64,000 nucleotides of DNA. Origin: Fistulifera solaris. Its lineage: Eukaryota. Positions 63,273-64,000 of the stretch are shown piece after piece. Numbering within the stretch: the first letter of the stretch is position 1; every line of letters starts with the position of its first letter. A model generated the notes under the pieces. That model saw only the letters and a list, made by a program, of their open reading frames with translations. It made no database searches and was not told the origin of the DNA. Location of the stretch: assembly GCA_030295235.1 (NCBI GenBank), contig AP026167.1:62001-126000 (forward strand), in the 5' to 3' direction. The position numbers and the translations under genes are program-made.

Positions 63273-64000
63273 GGCTTGTAAAAATTAATGTAAATAAAAT
63301 AACCAGGAAAATGGATCATCACGACGGTTAAGGAACTCATAGAAATCGTGTGCACATAAAGAAAAAAAAAGATCGTGCATCTTTCGGAATGTTCATTCTC
63401 GGAGTCCCAAACATGACTTGACGACATTCTCAAGGATTAAAGCCGGGACATTTTCAAAGTTAAGGACAGACATTTTCTTTGTGTTAATCAATTCTGCTGC
63501 ACATCGAGGCAACTTGCAAAAAAAGCTGCAGAGGAATTGGGACAAATTAAGTGCGTCAACTAGCAATAGTTGCAACAGCGTACTCAGCAGAGGTTCAGCT
63601 AAAAACTTTTTGTGATAAAATGTCAACAAAATTCTCTGCTTAAGACCACATCCGCGAAGACATAAATGGTAAAATCAGAACAAGCAACCGCTGCTGTAAA
63701 AAAGCTATCAAGCTTTTATGGAGAGAATCGATTTAAAGCTTTTGAAGCGTAAATCACAACACATTATGGCGAAACAAGATAATAAATGATGTAAAAATCT
63801 ACAATATTTTGTCGTCCCACTCTCTCGGATCCTTGCTATTTCATTAAGAGCTGCTTTTATTAGCTGAGACAAAAAAATACCTATCTTTACCGACCTGATC
63901 AAGGTAATTTATCATTGAAATTAAACCATATTGTTCCGACTTGATCGTCAATAAAAATTGTTTTGAAAGTAATTTGAGGTTAATGTTGCTGTTGCTTTTT

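Overview
Gene-dense eukaryotic nuclear DNA with short GT-AG introns, bipartite plastid-type presequences and RXL motifs; most likely a pennate diatom (inference). About 0.5-16 kb holds a cluster of ~8 intact, frameshifted or decayed copies of one unnamed ~500-aa RNI/LRR-like family, interrupted by a palindromic minisatellite, a secreted Cys-rich precursor and a MORN protein. RPL26 and an RRM protein follow. About 20.4-37.5 kb is a same-strand array of ~8 DUF285/BspA-like repeat genes or remnants, with an FBP1-like siderophore-binding gene inside it. The right part encodes a DCC thiol-disulfide oxidoreductase, SHPRH, an ICMT/PEMT-like methyltransferase, a tandem PI-PLC-like protein, two paralogous secreted P/T-rich proteins with polycationic tails, PGAP1 and a mitochondrial-carrier-family protein. 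There are also three non-autonomous TIR elements from two families. The most striking item is an intronless 80-aa gene (60562-60804) encoding a prokaryote-type, alpha3-truncated histone fold fused to a signal peptide. Many genes carry single-base frameshifts that probably reflect assembly indel errors.
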